Positions 48,381 to 59,452 of a stretch of DNA of 64,000 nucleotides are shown here, one piece after another. The translations under genes and the position numbers were made by a program. A model generated the notes under the pieces. It was not told the origin of the DNA, did not search any database, and saw nothing but the letters and a program-made list of their open reading frames with translations. The DNA is from Bacteroidota bacterium. Its GTDB lineage: Bacteria; Bacteroidota; Bacteroidia; AKYH767-A; 2013-40CM-41-45. How positions within the stretch are numbered: the first letter of the stretch is position 1; each line of letters starts with the position of its first letter. The stretch covers positions 3,998 through 67,997 of the forward strand of contig SHNE01000044.1 in assembly GCA_004295015.1 (NCBI GenBank). Direction: 5' to 3'.

Positions 48381-48857
48381 ATGCATTCACCATCATTTGA
48401 CGAAATCTACATGGAGCTGGCGCAAAATCTTTCGCGCAAATCGCACTGTGTGAAAATTGGAGTAGGGGCAGTTCTGACAAAAGAAACCCGTATTGTTTCC
48501 TTAGGATATAATGGTCCGCCTGCCGGTACTCATAATTGTGATCAGGAATGGCCGGGTGTAGGTTGTGCTAGAGATAGTAAAGGAAGTTGTTCGCTCGCAC
48601 TTCATGCGGAACAAAATGCGATTCTTTATGCTGCCAAAAATGGGGTGCCTATGAATGGATGCACCTTATATGTCACTCTTTCCCCTTGTCTGGCTTGTGC
48701 CCGCATCATCTTCACAATGGGCATTCGAAAGGTTTTGTTCTTAGAATCTTACGCGGCATACAAAGGCATAGGGCTCGATGAAGGGGTAGACTTTTTACGT
48801 CGGTTTGGGGTTGAAGTGGAGCAATATGTGCCGGGTACCGAAAAGGTTAATGCCTGA
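48381..48857 (+). CDS. dCMP/cytidine deaminase-family zinc enzyme (ComEB-like)
   Basis: HAEQNAI and SPCLACAR zinc-ligand motifs. Start at the ATG at 48381. Confidence 0.8.
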   Translation: MHSPSFDEIYMELAQNLSRKSHCVKIGVGAVLTKETRIVSLGYNGPPAGTHNCDQEWPGVGCARDSKGSCSLALHAEQNAILYAAKNGVPMNGCTLYVTLSPCLACARIIFTMGIRKVLFLESYAAYKGIGLDEGVDFLRRFGVEVEQYVPGTEKVNA

Positions 48858-49039
48858 TACACCTGGCATTTTATTTATTTAACTCTCTTTTTTGTAAAAA
48901 TTTAAAACATTTTGAGGAAAACAGAGTTTAACTATGTCTGCGGGAACCATTCCTGTTCTCCAGGATTTTAAGCATACAGGGTCTGATTTATAAAGCAGCT
49001 GATCCATTCAATTATTAATCCGGAAATAAATTTAATTCA

Positions 49040-50665
49040 GTGAACAAACTCAGACTTTGGTTACCCTTTATTATGGCAGCCATTCTTGCGCTCGGTATTT
49101 ATGTGGGAATGCGTCTCAATGAACCCTTCAAAAGCAGCCGTTCGTTTTTTTCTTTTCGAACAGGACAATTCAATAAAATCAACGACGTAATAAATTACAT
49201 CAACAATGAATACGTTGATACTGTCAATCAAAAATCTCTTGTTGAGAATACCATCTCTCAATTGCTTCATCAGTTGGATCCACACTCTGCCTATATTCCT
49301 GCGGATGAGTTGCAGGCAATGAACGAGCCATTGGAAGGAAATTTTGACGGGATAGGTATAGAGTTTCATGTGCAGGATGATACCATTATGGTTGTTTCTG
49401 CTGTTGCCGGTGGTCCATCTGAACAGCTGGGTATTCAAAGTGGTGACCGCATTATTGCAGTTGAAGGAAAAAATGTAGCACATATAAATATTTCTAATGC
49501 GGAGGTTATGCAGCTTCTGCGTGGACCTAGTGGCACAAAAGTGAAGGTCACTATTTTACGGAAAAGTACCGGACAGAAAATGGTTTATAGCATAACACGT
49601 GGTAAAATTCCTATTTACAGTGTGGATGTTGCCTATATGTTAAACAAGGAAACCGGTTATATTAAAGTAAGCCACTTTGCAGACAGAACATACGACGAGT
49701 ACTTAAATGCTTTCGTAAAACTTAAAGATGCCGGCATGGAAAGTCTGGTTCTTGATCTCCGCGGGAATCCCGGTGGTTATATGAAGTCGGCCATCCAGTT
49801 GTCTGATGAATTTCTTCCCGATAGAAAATTGGTTGTCTACACTGAAGGGCGCTCTCGTCCTCGTGAGTCTTTTTACGCATCACAACGTGGCTTCTTCGAA
49901 CAGGGGGCATTAATTGTTTTGGTGGATGAAGGAAGTGCTTCAGCCAGTGAGATTGTAGCAGGTGCTTTGCAAGATTGGGATCGTGCAACGATTGTCGGCA
50001 GGAGATCATTTGGGAAAGGATTGGTGCAGGAACAAAGTATTTTCCCTGACGGTTCTGCGATGCGTTTAACGATAGCCAGATATTATACTCCTACCGGAAG
50101 AAGCATACAAAAACCTTACGCCGGTGGTTATGAAGCTTATTCCAATGAATTGTACGACAGAATGAAAAAAGGAGAACTGGCTTCATCTGACAGTATTCAA
50201 TTTGCCGACTCATTGCATTATACCACACCAGGTGGTAGAACCGTTTATGGCGGCGGAGGAATTATGCCTGATGTATTTGTTTCCATGGATACCGGGATGA
50301 CATCACAGTATTATGCCGAGGTGAGCAGCAAAGGAATGATTTCCCAGTTCGCATTTGATTACCTTGATCAAAACAGAAAAATGTTTGCGAAGTATAAAAC
50401 ATTTGAAGAGTATAAAAATTCCTTCACAGTGTCAGATGATCTTTTCAGAAAATTTTTGGATTATTCAGTTAAAGGTGGAGTAGAAAGGTCAGAATCCGGG
50501 ATAAAAGTTTCCTCTGAGCTCATTCGCACCCAAATCAAAGCGCTCATCGCCCGACAAATTTGGAAGAACGATGGTTTTTATCCAATCATTCAGACTTTGG
50601 ATAAAACAGTAGCCAAAGCCCTTGAACTTATTGAGAAGAAGCAGGTGGCGGTGAAGGGGAGTTAA
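49040..50665 (+). CDS. S41-family C-terminal processing peptidase (CtpA-like)
   Basis: N-terminal anchor, a PDZ domain (GIGIEF...GDRIIAVEG), LDLRGNPGG, and the catalytic Ser/Lys region SASASEIVAG...GKG. Confidence 0.85.
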   Translation: MNKLRLWLPFIMAAILALGIYVGMRLNEPFKSSRSFFSFRTGQFNKINDVINYINNEYVDTVNQKSLVENTISQLLHQLDPHSAYIPADELQAMNEPLEGNFDGIGIEFHVQDDTIMVVSAVAGGPSEQLGIQSGDRIIAVEGKNVAHINISNAEVMQLLRGPSGTKVKVTILRKSTGQKMVYSITRGKIPIYSVDVAYMLNKETGYIKVSHFADRTYDEYLNAFVKLKDAGMESLVLDLRGNPGGYMKSAIQLSDEFLPDRKLVVYTEGRSRPRESFYASQRGFFEQGALIVLVDEGSASASEIVAGALQDWDRATIVGRRSFGKGLVQEQSIFPDGSAMRLTIARYYTPTGRSIQKPYAGGYEAYSNELYDRMKKGELASSDSIQFADSLHYTTPGGRTVYGGGGIMPDVFVSMDTGMTSQYYAEVSSKGMISQFAFDYLDQNRKMFAKYKTFEEYKNSFTVSDDLFRKFLDYSVKGGVERSESGIKVSSELIRTQIKALIARQIWKNDGFYPIIQTLDKTVAKALELIEKKQVAVKGS

Positions 50666-50786
50666 TTACTGATTTTATTTTGCCCAGTAGAGTATTGTAA
50701 TTTTTTTTGATTAATTTTCATTAAATAGGATTCTTTAACTGCTTTTTTGTTAACGGCTTGGTTCTCGTTTAAATTCTATTTGTACC

Positions 50787-52841
50787 TTGAAGAAAATTTT
50801 TCAAATGAGAAATTTATTTTTCTTACTGCTTTTAGTTTTTTACTCGATTTCGCTGCAAGCTCAAATTTGGCAAACGGTGACGCCATATCCGGACCCATTC
50901 CCAAATGCACTTGTAATTCCTGATACGAATCACTTCAGAGGAGTGAATGGCCAAGAAGTTGTATTTTCAGATGATGGCGGACAAAGCTGGTCATCGATAA
51001 ATCTTGGAAGATCATTGGGCTCGATACAGTTTAGTTCTGCACAGAATGGATGGGTAAGTGGAGATTCAGGTAGGATATTTCATACAAATGATGCCTGTCA
51101 AACATGGGATACCATTGTTTTGCAGGCTAATTATTTAAGACTTCAATTCGTAAATGATACTGATGGATTCGCCTTCAGATCTGCAGCAGATAGTATTTAT
51201 ATTACGAATAATGGTGGAGTAAACTGGTTGTTGAAACCAACCGGCTTGGCAATAAACACATTTATCACATTCGCAGACAGGTTGAATGGTTGGGGAACGA
51301 TCTTCGGTGATTCACTAATCCGAAAGACAAGTGATGGCGGACAAAGCTGGGTGAGCATTTCATTGCCACGACCTTATTATTCTGCCTCAATTCAGTTTAT
51401 AGACTCATTAAATGGATGGATCTTAGGACGAGGAAGCAATGATTCACTCATGCGTACGCGCGATGGCGGATTTACCTGGCAAAGCCTGAGCGATATCAAT
51501 TCTGATCATTTTTGTTTTAAAGATACACTGCAAGGTATTTCTACGGATGGATATATGGTGTATTATACAAATGATGGAGGACTGACCTGGACTTACTCAC
51601 ATGCTTCTTCTGATATAATATGTTTAGTAAGTCAGAATGTATTTTATGTTTACGGATTATCACTAATTAATTCAAGTGATCGCATTAACTGGACGACTCT
51701 TGCTTATAGAACATTTCCTGTTCTTAACTGGAGTTATATTTTCGCCGCACCTAGACTGGAATTCAGCAGCCAATCAACGGGTGTTTATATAATGGGCGAT
51801 GAACAAACTGGAATGAATTTTTTTACAAATTATGTTTACGTCACGACTGATTCGGGTAAGTCATGGACGAACAGACCTGATGCATTCCCTATATGCAGCG
51901 ATATTCAACTTTTATCCGATACTTTATGGTATTTTACCTTAAGCTATTTGCATGCAAGTTCATCAACTTTCTGTAGAAGTAAGGATATGCTCCAGACTGT
52001 AGAAGTGGTGAACAATGCATTTGGACCTCTTTCTTTTCATTTTACTGATTCCCTGCATGGTGTAGGGGGAGGGTACTATACAAATGATGGGGGAGTGTCT
52101 TGGCTTGCAAACGGAAATTTGAATTATGGATGGGATTATAGCTTTATTGATTCATTGAATGGATGGACCTCCGGCGGAAACTATGTCAGTCGTACTTTCG
52201 ATGGCGGACAAAGTTGGATTAATATATCGAGCAATGCTCCTTTCACAGGTCAAGATAAATCACAACGAATTCAATTTACTGATTCTTCAAATGCTTTCAT
52301 CACGAATTCGGCATGGAATAATACTGCAACATTATATAAAAGCACAGATGGTGGTGTTTTATGGCAACAAGTTCACACTAACTTTAAATTCTTCTCTTCT
52401 TACTTTACTGATTCAATTCACGGATGGCTAGCCGGTGAAGATGGAATATTTTATACGGATGATGGCGGTTTTTCATTTACACAGCAGAGTTCAAAGGCAC
52501 TACAGATGATCACTTTCATTGACTCTGTCCATGGATTTTGTGAAGGCTCCAATTTGTTTTTAAAAACGGATCAGACCGGTATGATTAATACTGTGACAAG
52601 GTATAATTCACCAATAGATATTACTGTATATCCGAATCCAACTCAAGGGCTTGTTAATATTTTAACTTCACAAATGGATTCTAAATATTTTTTATATGAT
52701 AATCTTGGAAGGCTGGTTTTAGATGGAACTGCATTTCTCGGCTTAACGCAATTTGATATTTCGAAATATCCTAATGGAATCTATTATTTGAAAATCCTGT
52801 CGGAGGAATTCCGGTTTGGCAGAATAATAATCAAGGATTGA
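50787..52841 (+). CDS. Secreted BNR/Asp-box (Ycf48/sialidase-like) beta-propeller repeat protein with a T9SS C-terminal sorting domain
   Basis: At least eight S/T-D-G-G-x-S/T-W motifs. The C-terminal ITVYPNPTQGLVNIL...GIYYLKIL region is a Por_Secre_tail. Confidence 0.7.
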   Translation: MKKIFQMRNLFFLLLLVFYSISLQAQIWQTVTPYPDPFPNALVIPDTNHFRGVNGQEVVFSDDGGQSWSSINLGRSLGSIQFSSAQNGWVSGDSGRIFHTNDACQTWDTIVLQANYLRLQFVNDTDGFAFRSAADSIYITNNGGVNWLLKPTGLAINTFITFADRLNGWGTIFGDSLIRKTSDGGQSWVSISLPRPYYSASIQFIDSLNGWILGRGSNDSLMRTRDGGFTWQSLSDINSDHFCFKDTLQGISTDGYMVYYTNDGGLTWTYSHASSDIICLVSQNVFYVYGLSLINSSDRINWTTLAYRTFPVLNWSYIFAAPRLEFSSQSTGVYIMGDEQTGMNFFTNYVYVTTDSGKSWTNRPDAFPICSDIQLLSDTLWYFTLSYLHASSSTFCRSKDMLQTVEVVNNAFGPLSFHFTDSLHGVGGGYYTNDGGVSWLANGNLNYGWDYSFIDSLNGWTSGGNYVSRTFDGGQSWINISSNAPFTGQDKSQRIQFTDSSNAFITNSAWNNTATLYKSTDGGVLWQQVHTNFKFFSSYFTDSIHGWLAGEDGIFYTDDGGFSFTQQSSKALQMITFIDSVHGFCEGSNLFLKTDQTGMINTVTRYNSPIDITVYPNPTQGLVNILTSQMDSKYFLYDNLGRLVLDGTAFLGLTQFDISKYPNGIYYLKILSEEFRFGRIIIKD

Positions 52842-52852
52842 TCATATCAATT

Positions 52853-52896
52853 GATTTGCAGATTATTTGCATAATTGATATCGATTTTCAGCAATT
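52853..52896 (+). terminator. Imperfect long palindrome/hairpin after the BNR gene, a possible terminator
   Basis: ATATCAATTgatTTGCA-gattat-TTGCAtAATTGATAT. Confidence 0.3.
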
Positions 52897-52988
52897 GTTC
52901 ATTTATTCTGCCTTTTAGAAACGCCTTTATTTTCGTACCTTTACACTCTACATTTCAATTTATCTACAAATTTTAAAATCAAATAAAA

Positions 52989-53600
52989 ATGGCTTTCGAA
53001 CTTCCTTCACTCCCTTATGCTTTTAACAGCCTCGAACCACATATTGATGCACGCACCATGGAGATCCATCATGGTAAGCATCATCAGGCTTATGTAACTA
53101 ACCTAAATAACGCTATTGCCGGAACCGATGCCGAGAAACTGAGCATCGAAGATATTTGCAAGAATATTTCTAAATATCCAATGGCTGTTCGCAACAATGG
53201 TGGCGGACATTATAACCACTCCCTCTTCTGGACGATTATGAAAGCAGGTGGAGGAGGAAATCCTTCCGGTCCTTTGGCTGATGCGATCAATTCTGCCTTC
53301 GGAAACATAGACGAGTTCAAGACAAAATTCGCAACTGCAGGTGCTACCCGTTTTGGAAGCGGTTGGGCCTGGCTGGTTGTTGGTGCTGATAAGAAATTGG
53401 CTATTGGCTCTAGTCCTAATCAGGATAATCCCCTGATGGATATCTCAGATCTGAAAGGTACTCCTGTTCTTGGTCTCGATGTCTGGGAGCACGCTTACTA
53501 CCTGAATTACCAAAACCGCCGCCCTGATTATATGAATGCATGGTGGAATGTGGTTAACTGGGATGAAGTGGCTAAACGTTTTACTGCCGCGATGAAGTAA
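52989..53600 (+). CDS. sodA: Fe/Mn superoxide dismutase
   Basis: [32 protein letters not shown] and DVWEHAYY are canonical Fe/Mn-SOD motifs. Confidence 0.9.
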   Translation: MAFELPSLPYAFNSLEPHIDARTMEIHHGKHHQAYVTNLNNAIAGTDAEKLSIEDICKNISKYPMAVRNNGGGHYNHSLFWTIMKAGGGGNPSGPLADAINSAFGNIDEFKTKFATAGATRFGSGWAWLVVGADKKLAIGSSPNQDNPLMDISDLKGTPVLGLDVWEHAYYLNYQNRRPDYMNAWWNVVNWDEVAKRFTAAMK

Positions 53601-53635
53601 GCTGCCTTTGAGCAGCCTCTTTCGGGCTTTGACTG

Positions 53636-53680
53636 ACGCACAGAATTGTCTTTTACCGGATCATTCTGTGCGTTTTTTCG
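53636..53680 (+). terminator. Rho-independent terminator after the SOD gene
   Basis: ACGCACAGAAT-(16-nt loop)-ATTCTGTGCGT followed by TTTTTT. Confidence 0.7.
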
Positions 53681-53770
53681 TATAGATAAATTGTGATAAA
53701 TCTGTTAGCAATTTCAAATGCTTTTTGGCGAGCGACAATTTCTTATTCTCACCTTCGTTGAGCAGGTAGA

Positions 53771-56305
53771 ATGAAGAGCAATTTCACGAAATATCTTAAA
53801 CTCACCGGTAAAATTGTCGGTTTGCTCAGCTTGGGTTTACTTGCCCTCGGATTCCTGATTGGCTTTTTTTACGGAGATGATATTAAGAAGATGATCATTG
53901 CCGAACTGAATAAGAATCTTGCAACCGAAATTAAGGTCGAGAAATTTGAGTTTTCCGTCTTCCGCCATTTCCCTCTTGCCTCGGTAGATTTAGAAAAAGT
54001 GATGGCCAAGGGTGTTTTGAAATCACTACCGGATGACACACTATTGTACGCCGACAGGATCTCTCTTCAGTTTAACATGGCCGGTATTTTCAGTAATAAT
54101 GTTGCGATAAAGAAAATTGTAGCCAGCAATGGTATCCTGAATATACGGCTTGATAAGGAGGGAAATAACAATTATCATTTCTGGAAATCTTCCGGCGATT
54201 CTACTAAAGCCTCACCTGTTATCAATCTTCAGCAGATTTTACTTAGTCATATGCTGATTCGTTATCAGGACCTGAAAAATGATCAGCATTATTTCATGAA
54301 AGCCAATGAAGCCGAACTCAGCGGTCAGTTTTCTGATGATCAGTTTACACTCACCACCACCGCTGATTTATTCATGGAACATCTCTATGCCGGGGAAACC
54401 AATTACGTTATTCGTAAGCAGGTGCGCATTCGTTCCGGCTTACATGTGAATACTGTAGATGGTACTTATAAATTCGACGAAAGCAGGGTAAAGATTGCGG
54501 AACTTGAGTTTGATGTCTCCGGGAATATTATCACTCTGGGAAGCTCAACAATATTGAATCTTGGAATCAAAGCCTATGAAGGCAGCTTAGAATCGTTTCT
54601 AAGCATGCTTCCTGTTGAATACGTCAAGTACTTCAGTGAATATAGAAGTAAGGGGAAATTCATGTGTACTATCGGCATAGAAGGGAAGGCTGGTTCGGGG
54701 AACATACCGGCAGTACAAGTCGAATTCTCTATTCGTAACGGAAGTATTACTCCCAAAGAAAGCAGCGTCTCCCTTTCAAAAGTAGAACTAAACGGATCTT
54801 TTCGTAATCGTGGTATTACAGGAAAGAGCGAGTTAGTCATTCCTCAACTCAGTGCAGAGCTTGGTGGAAATGCGATCAAAGCAGATCTTCGTCTCGACAA
54901 TCTCTCAGATCCATTTTTATCTATGCACGCTTCTGCATCATTGGATCTCGCAAATGTGAGGCATTTTATTTCTATGGATACGCTTGTCTCTCTCAATGGA
55001 GGACTGAAGTTTAATATTGCTTTTGCAGGGAAGGTAAAAGATGTTCAGAGTTATTCTATCGGACAACAATACAAAGTTCAGTCTTCAGGAAACATTGAAT
55101 TGAGCAATGTGAATTTTGTACTCAAGTTTAATCCGCTGGAGTATAAGAATATTCAGGCCAGGCTATCATTGCAGGATAATAATATCAATGTTGAATCGCT
55201 CAGTGGAAATATATCCTCAAGTGATTTGAAACTTAGTGGCACCTTTATCAATTTTGTAAATTTTGTTTTTATTCCAAATCAAGCCGCAGAGTTTAATGCT
55301 AAACTGAGTAGCAAATTGCTTAATCTCGATGAATTGCTTTCCGATAAATCAAATTCTGACAATGACACTTCATATATCATGAAGTTTAATCCGCGCTTGC
55401 TGAGTCATCTTGATGTTTCAATCGGTAATTTAAAATTCCGGCAGTTCAGTGCTTCACGTTTGCAAGGGAAAATTCTACTTGAGCGACAGGTGATCTCCGG
55501 CAAAAACCTGACATTCGCTGCTATGAATGGGATGGTCTTCATGGATGCAAAGATTAACGCATCAAGAAAGGACAGTATTCTGATGAGCTGTGAAGCGACG
55601 ATATCTTCCTTAGATGTAACTCAACTATTTTCACAACTGGAAAATTTTGGACAATCAACCATGACCGATAAAAATGTCAAGGGGAAGATCAATGCCGACA
55701 TTCAATTTACATCCAGCTGGACAACAAGTCTGACAGTGAATCCGGCCAAGGTGCGTGCACTTGCTGACATTACAATCTCAAACGGTGAACTTTTAAATTT
55801 TATTCCAATCCAGGCACTAGCAAAATACATCAAGGTTCCTGACTTGAATAACATCAAATTTTCGACAATCAAAAATCAGATCTCCATTTCTGACAGGAAA
55901 ATATTTATTCCTTCCATGGAAATAAACTCCACAGCCCTAAACCTAACTGCCAGTGGAGTACATGATTTTGATAATATAGTCGATTATAGATTGTCATTAT
56001 TGCTTTCTGATGTATTAGGAAAGAATGCGAGGCAGAATAATTCTGAATTTGGTGAAATTGAGGATGACGGATTGGGCAGAACAAAGCTTCTGCTTAGCAT
56101 GAAAGGACCGATCGACAATCCTCGCTTTGGCTATGACAGGAAAGGAGCCAGCGAAAAATTGAAAACAGACCTTGCAAAGGAGAAGCAAACCATGAAAGCT
56201 ATCCTAAAGGAGGAATTCGGTTTGTTCAAAAAAGATAGCGTAATTCTTCCAAAAAAGGCTAAAAAGGAAGAAATGCAAATTGACTGGGAGGATGATGGAC
56301 AATAG
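53771..56305 (+). CDS. AsmA-family outer-membrane assembly protein
   Basis: N-terminal transmembrane anchor, a long beta-rich body, a conserved AsmA C-terminal region, 844 aa. Confidence 0.7.
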   Translation: MKSNFTKYLKLTGKIVGLLSLGLLALGFLIGFFYGDDIKKMIIAELNKNLATEIKVEKFEFSVFRHFPLASVDLEKVMAKGVLKSLPDDTLLYADRISLQFNMAGIFSNNVAIKKIVASNGILNIRLDKEGNNNYHFWKSSGDSTKASPVINLQQILLSHMLIRYQDLKNDQHYFMKANEAELSGQFSDDQFTLTTTADLFMEHLYAGETNYVIRKQVRIRSGLHVNTVDGTYKFDESRVKIAELEFDVSGNIITLGSSTILNLGIKAYEGSLESFLSMLPVEYVKYFSEYRSKGKFMCTIGIEGKAGSGNIPAVQVEFSIRNGSITPKESSVSLSKVELNGSFRNRGITGKSELVIPQLSAELGGNAIKADLRLDNLSDPFLSMHASASLDLANVRHFISMDTLVSLNGGLKFNIAFAGKVKDVQSYSIGQQYKVQSSGNIELSNVNFVLKFNPLEYKNIQARLSLQDNNINVESLSGNISSSDLKLSGTFINFVNFVFIPNQAAEFNAKLSSKLLNLDELLSDKSNSDNDTSYIMKFNPRLLSHLDVSIGNLKFRQFSASRLQGKILLERQVISGKNLTFAAMNGMVFMDAKINASRKDSILMSCEATISSLDVTQLFSQLENFGQSTMTDKNVKGKINADIQFTSSWTTSLTVNPAKVRALADITISNGELLNFIPIQALAKYIKVPDLNNIKFSTIKNQISISDRKIFIPSMEINSTALNLTASGVHDFDNIVDYRLSLLLSDVLGKNARQNNSEFGEIEDDGLGRTKLLLSMKGPIDNPRFGYDRKGASEKLKTDLAKEKQTMKAILKEEFGLFKKDSVILPKKAKKEEMQIDWEDDGQ

Positions 56306-56398
56306 AATTTTTTACATGGCCAAATTCTCCCATCTTTGCGCCCTGAAAAAGTACAATCTTTCCTGAAAACCCTCGTTTTTATTTAAATTCCTGTCGGA

Positions 56399-57556
56399 TT
56401 GAATATTTATAGCCAAAAACAACGCTGGAAAATTCTATTGCTGCTCGCTGCCATGATGATCGGTGCAGCTTCCTTGTGGTATACCAATAAATTGGTCAAT
56501 AAACTTTCTGAAGAGGAGAATAAAAAAATCCAGCTCTGGGCGGAAGCCACAAAACGTCTTTCCGATGTATCGGAAGTTAACAGTGATATTAATTTCCTTT
56601 CGACCGTCATCAGCAATAACAATACGATTCCTGTAATTTGGGCGGATCAGAATTTTAACGTCATCTCATATCGTAACCTTGATTCGGTTCGGGCCACAAA
56701 ACCAAACTACCTGAAAAAGCAGGTGGAAGAGATGCGTGCACAACACGAACCTATTGAGATTCACATAGGACAGAATTTATTTCAGTATATACTCTATAAA
56801 GATTCTGACCTGCTTATTCGTCTGCGCTATTACCCTTATTTTCAGTTGGCCGTTATTGCCTTGTTTCTTTTTGTCTCCTATCTCGCCTTCAGCACATCAA
56901 GAAAAGCTGAACAGAATCAGGTTTGGGTAGGAATGGCTAAAGAAACAGCACATCAGTTAGGCACGCCTCTTTCCTCATTGCTTGCCTGGTTGGAGATTCT
57001 TAAGTTGAAAGGAACGAATGAAGAGTATACAACAGAGATAGAAAAGGATGTAGAAAGACTTCAAACCATAACCGAACGTTTCTCTAAGATAGGATCAGCA
57101 CCTTCCTTGCACAAAGAAAACGTTGCATTGGTTATGAAACACTCTGTAGATTATATCCGCACCCGAACATCTAACAGGGCTGTATTTGACATACAAAGTC
57201 CGGGCCATGAGGTTTTCGCACCCATGAACATTCCACTCTTCGAATGGGTGATCGAAAATATTCTCAAGAACGCTCTTGATGCAATGGAAGGTAAAGGCGA
57301 CATACAGGTTTTGATTACCGACCAGCAACAATTTGTCTATATAGATATTAAAGATTCCGGAAAGGGTATTCCAAAATCTTCTTACAAAACGATTTTTAAA
57401 CCGGGATACACGACCAAAAGTCGTGGCTGGGGACTTGGGCTTTCATTGAGCAAAAGGATTATTGAAGAATATCACGACGGGCAAATATTTGTTAAAAGTT
57501 CGGAACCGGGAAAGGGAACCACTTTTAGAATCGTGTTGAAGAAACAAAAAGTATAA
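56399..57556 (+). CDS. Sensor histidine kinase (HisKA plus HATPase_c), orphan
   Basis: Two transmembrane helices, the H-box ETAHQLGTPLSSLLAWLEIL, an N-box (NILKNALDA), and G-boxes (DSGKGIP, GWGLGLSLSKRI). Confidence 0.8.
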   Translation: MNIYSQKQRWKILLLLAAMMIGAASLWYTNKLVNKLSEEENKKIQLWAEATKRLSDVSEVNSDINFLSTVISNNNTIPVIWADQNFNVISYRNLDSVRATKPNYLKKQVEEMRAQHEPIEIHIGQNLFQYILYKDSDLLIRLRYYPYFQLAVIALFLFVSYLAFSTSRKAEQNQVWVGMAKETAHQLGTPLSSLLAWLEILKLKGTNEEYTTEIEKDVERLQTITERFSKIGSAPSLHKENVALVMKHSVDYIRTRTSNRAVFDIQSPGHEVFAPMNIPLFEWVIENILKNALDAMEGKGDIQVLITDQQQFVYIDIKDSGKGIPKSSYKTIFKPGYTTKSRGWGLGLSLSKRIIEEYHDGQIFVKSSEPGKGTTFRIVLKKQKV

Positions 57557-57565
57557 TTCCCAAAC

Positions 57566-58702
57566 ATGCCAGGTCTGTATTTACACATTCCCTTCTGCAA
57601 GCAGGCTTGTCATTACTGCGACTTTCATTTTTCTACGACATTGAAGAACAAGGATGAATTGCTCACAGCCCTTAAACTTGAAATAGGTCTTCGTCGTTCA
57701 TACCTTGAAAATAAAGCTTTGGATACGATCTATTTTGGCGGAGGTACTCCTTCCTTGCTGGAAGGAATTGAAATCCGTGAAATCATGGCTGAGATTCGTG
57801 ATAATTTCGAAATAACCAGAAGCGCCGAAATTACATTGGAAGCAAATCCGGATGATCTGACTAATGAGAAGTTAATGGCATTACATCAGGCGGGAATTAA
57901 TCGTCTCAGCATTGGAATCCAAAGTTTTTCAGAGGAAGATTTGAAATTTATGAACCGTGCACATAGCGTGGAACAAGCACTTCAATGTGTGAAGGATGCT
58001 CAAAGGATTGGTATCAACAATATAAGCATTGACTTAATCTATGGCGTACAAACCTTAGATGACGATCAATGGAAAAAGAATCTGGATATTGCTTTTTCAT
58101 TGGGTGTACAGCATTTGTCTTGCTACTCACTGACAATCGAGCCAAGAACAGCTTTGGCTAAAATGATAAAGGAAAAGAAGGTTGCTGAACTTGAGGATGA
58201 AAAATCAGTTCGTCAATTTGAAATGTTAATGGACAAGGCTGCCGATGCAGGGTTCGAACATTATGAAATTTCTAATTTTGCCAAACCGGGATTTTATTCA
58301 CGTCATAATACTTCTTATTGGAAGGCAGAACCATATTTAGGAATCGGGCCCTCTGCGCACTCCTACGATCGTACAAGCAGGCAATGGAATGTATCTAATA
58401 ACCATGAGTATATCAGAAAGCTAATGGTAGGAGCAATTCCTGCTGAGAAAGAGGTGTTGTCAGATGAGAATAAATTCAATGAATTTATTCTTACCAATCT
58501 TCGAACAAGCTGGGGAGTTGATGCAGAAAAATTAAAGAATGAATTTGGTGCCGAAGCATCTATGACATTTCTGGCAATTGCAAATTTTCAAATCCAGGAT
58601 GGCCTGATGGAGAAGTCCGGAAATATATTTCGACTGACGCGTAAAGGAAAATTTTATGCAGACCGTATTGCAGCAGATTTTTTCTCAGAGATGGAAGATT
58701 AA
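57566..58702 (+). CDS. hemW: Radical-SAM heme chaperone HemW (HemN-like, oxygen-independent coproporphyrinogen oxidase family)
   Basis: LYLHIPFCKQACHYCDFHFS contains the CxxxCxxC radical-SAM motif in the HemW context. Confidence 0.85.
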   Translation: MPGLYLHIPFCKQACHYCDFHFSTTLKNKDELLTALKLEIGLRRSYLENKALDTIYFGGGTPSLLEGIEIREIMAEIRDNFEITRSAEITLEANPDDLTNEKLMALHQAGINRLSIGIQSFSEEDLKFMNRAHSVEQALQCVKDAQRIGINNISIDLIYGVQTLDDDQWKKNLDIAFSLGVQHLSCYSLTIEPRTALAKMIKEKKVAELEDEKSVRQFEMLMDKAADAGFEHYEISNFAKPGFYSRHNTSYWKAEPYLGIGPSAHSYDRTSRQWNVSNNHEYIRKLMVGAIPAEKEVLSDENKFNEFILTNLRTSWGVDAEKLKNEFGAEASMTFLAIANFQIQDGLMEKSGNIFRLTRKGKFYADRIAADFFSEMED

Positions 58703-59443
58703 TTAATCTTCATCATTCAGGATATCTTCCTTGTCATCCTGTTCTTCCCTTTCCCTCTTTCGTTTTGCAAGATTCGGATTTCCACCTACAACAATTACAA
58801 TTTCTCCTTTGACGGTTTTTGCAGAAAAGTGTTCGTGACATTCCTTTAGAGTCCCATGAAAATTTTCTTCGAATAATTTACTCAGCTCCCGCGACACACA
58901 AGCCTGCCGGTCTTCTCCAAAGGCTTCAGCAAACTGCCCGAGAGTTTTCACAAGTCTGTAGGGAGATTCATAGAACACCATCGTTCTGTCTTCATTAAGA
59001 AGAGAACGTATCCGGGTTTGTCTTCCTTTTTTCTGAGGGAGGAAACCTTCAAAACAAAAACGGTCGGAAGGTAGTCCGGAATTAACCAGAGCAGGAATAA
59101 ATGCTGTCGGGCCGGGTAAGGTTTCTACCTCAACACCGTGACGAATGCATTCCCGTACAATTAAAAATCCCGGATCGGAAATTCCGGGAGTTCCTGCATC
59201 TGTTATAAGAGCAATATTTTTTCCTGCCTCAATTTCCTGTATGATTTCCTCCAGCACACGATGTTCATTGTGTGCATGGTAAGATTTCATCGGTTTACTG
59301 ATACCGAGATGTTTTAATAGGTGACTGCTTGTTCGGGTGTCTTCCGCTAAGATCAGATCGGCTTCCTGCAGAATTCTTATTGCACGAAGGGTGATGTCTT
59401 CAAGATTGCCAATTGGTGTCGGTACCAGAATAAGTTTGGCCAT
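58703..59443 (-). CDS. rsmI: 16S rRNA (cytidine1402-2'-O)-methyltransferase RsmI, with an acidic/basic C-terminal tail
   Basis: LILVPTPIGNLEDITLRAIRILQEADLILAEDTRTS is the TP-methylase signature. The tail reads KRKREREEQDDKEDILNDED. Confidence 0.9.
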   Translation of the reverse strand: MAKLILVPTPIGNLEDITLRAIRILQEADLILAEDTRTSSHLLKHLGISKPMKSYHAHNEHRVLEEIIQEIEAGKNIALITDAGTPGISDPGFLIVRECIRHGVEVETLPGPTAFIPALVNSGLPSDRFCFEGFLPQKKGRQTRIRSLLNEDRTMVFYESPYRLVKTLGQFAEAFGEDRQACVSRELSKLFEENFHGTLKECHEHFSAKTVKGEIVIVVGGNPNLAKRKREREEQDDKEDILNDED

Positions 59444-59452
59444 GAGAAAGCA

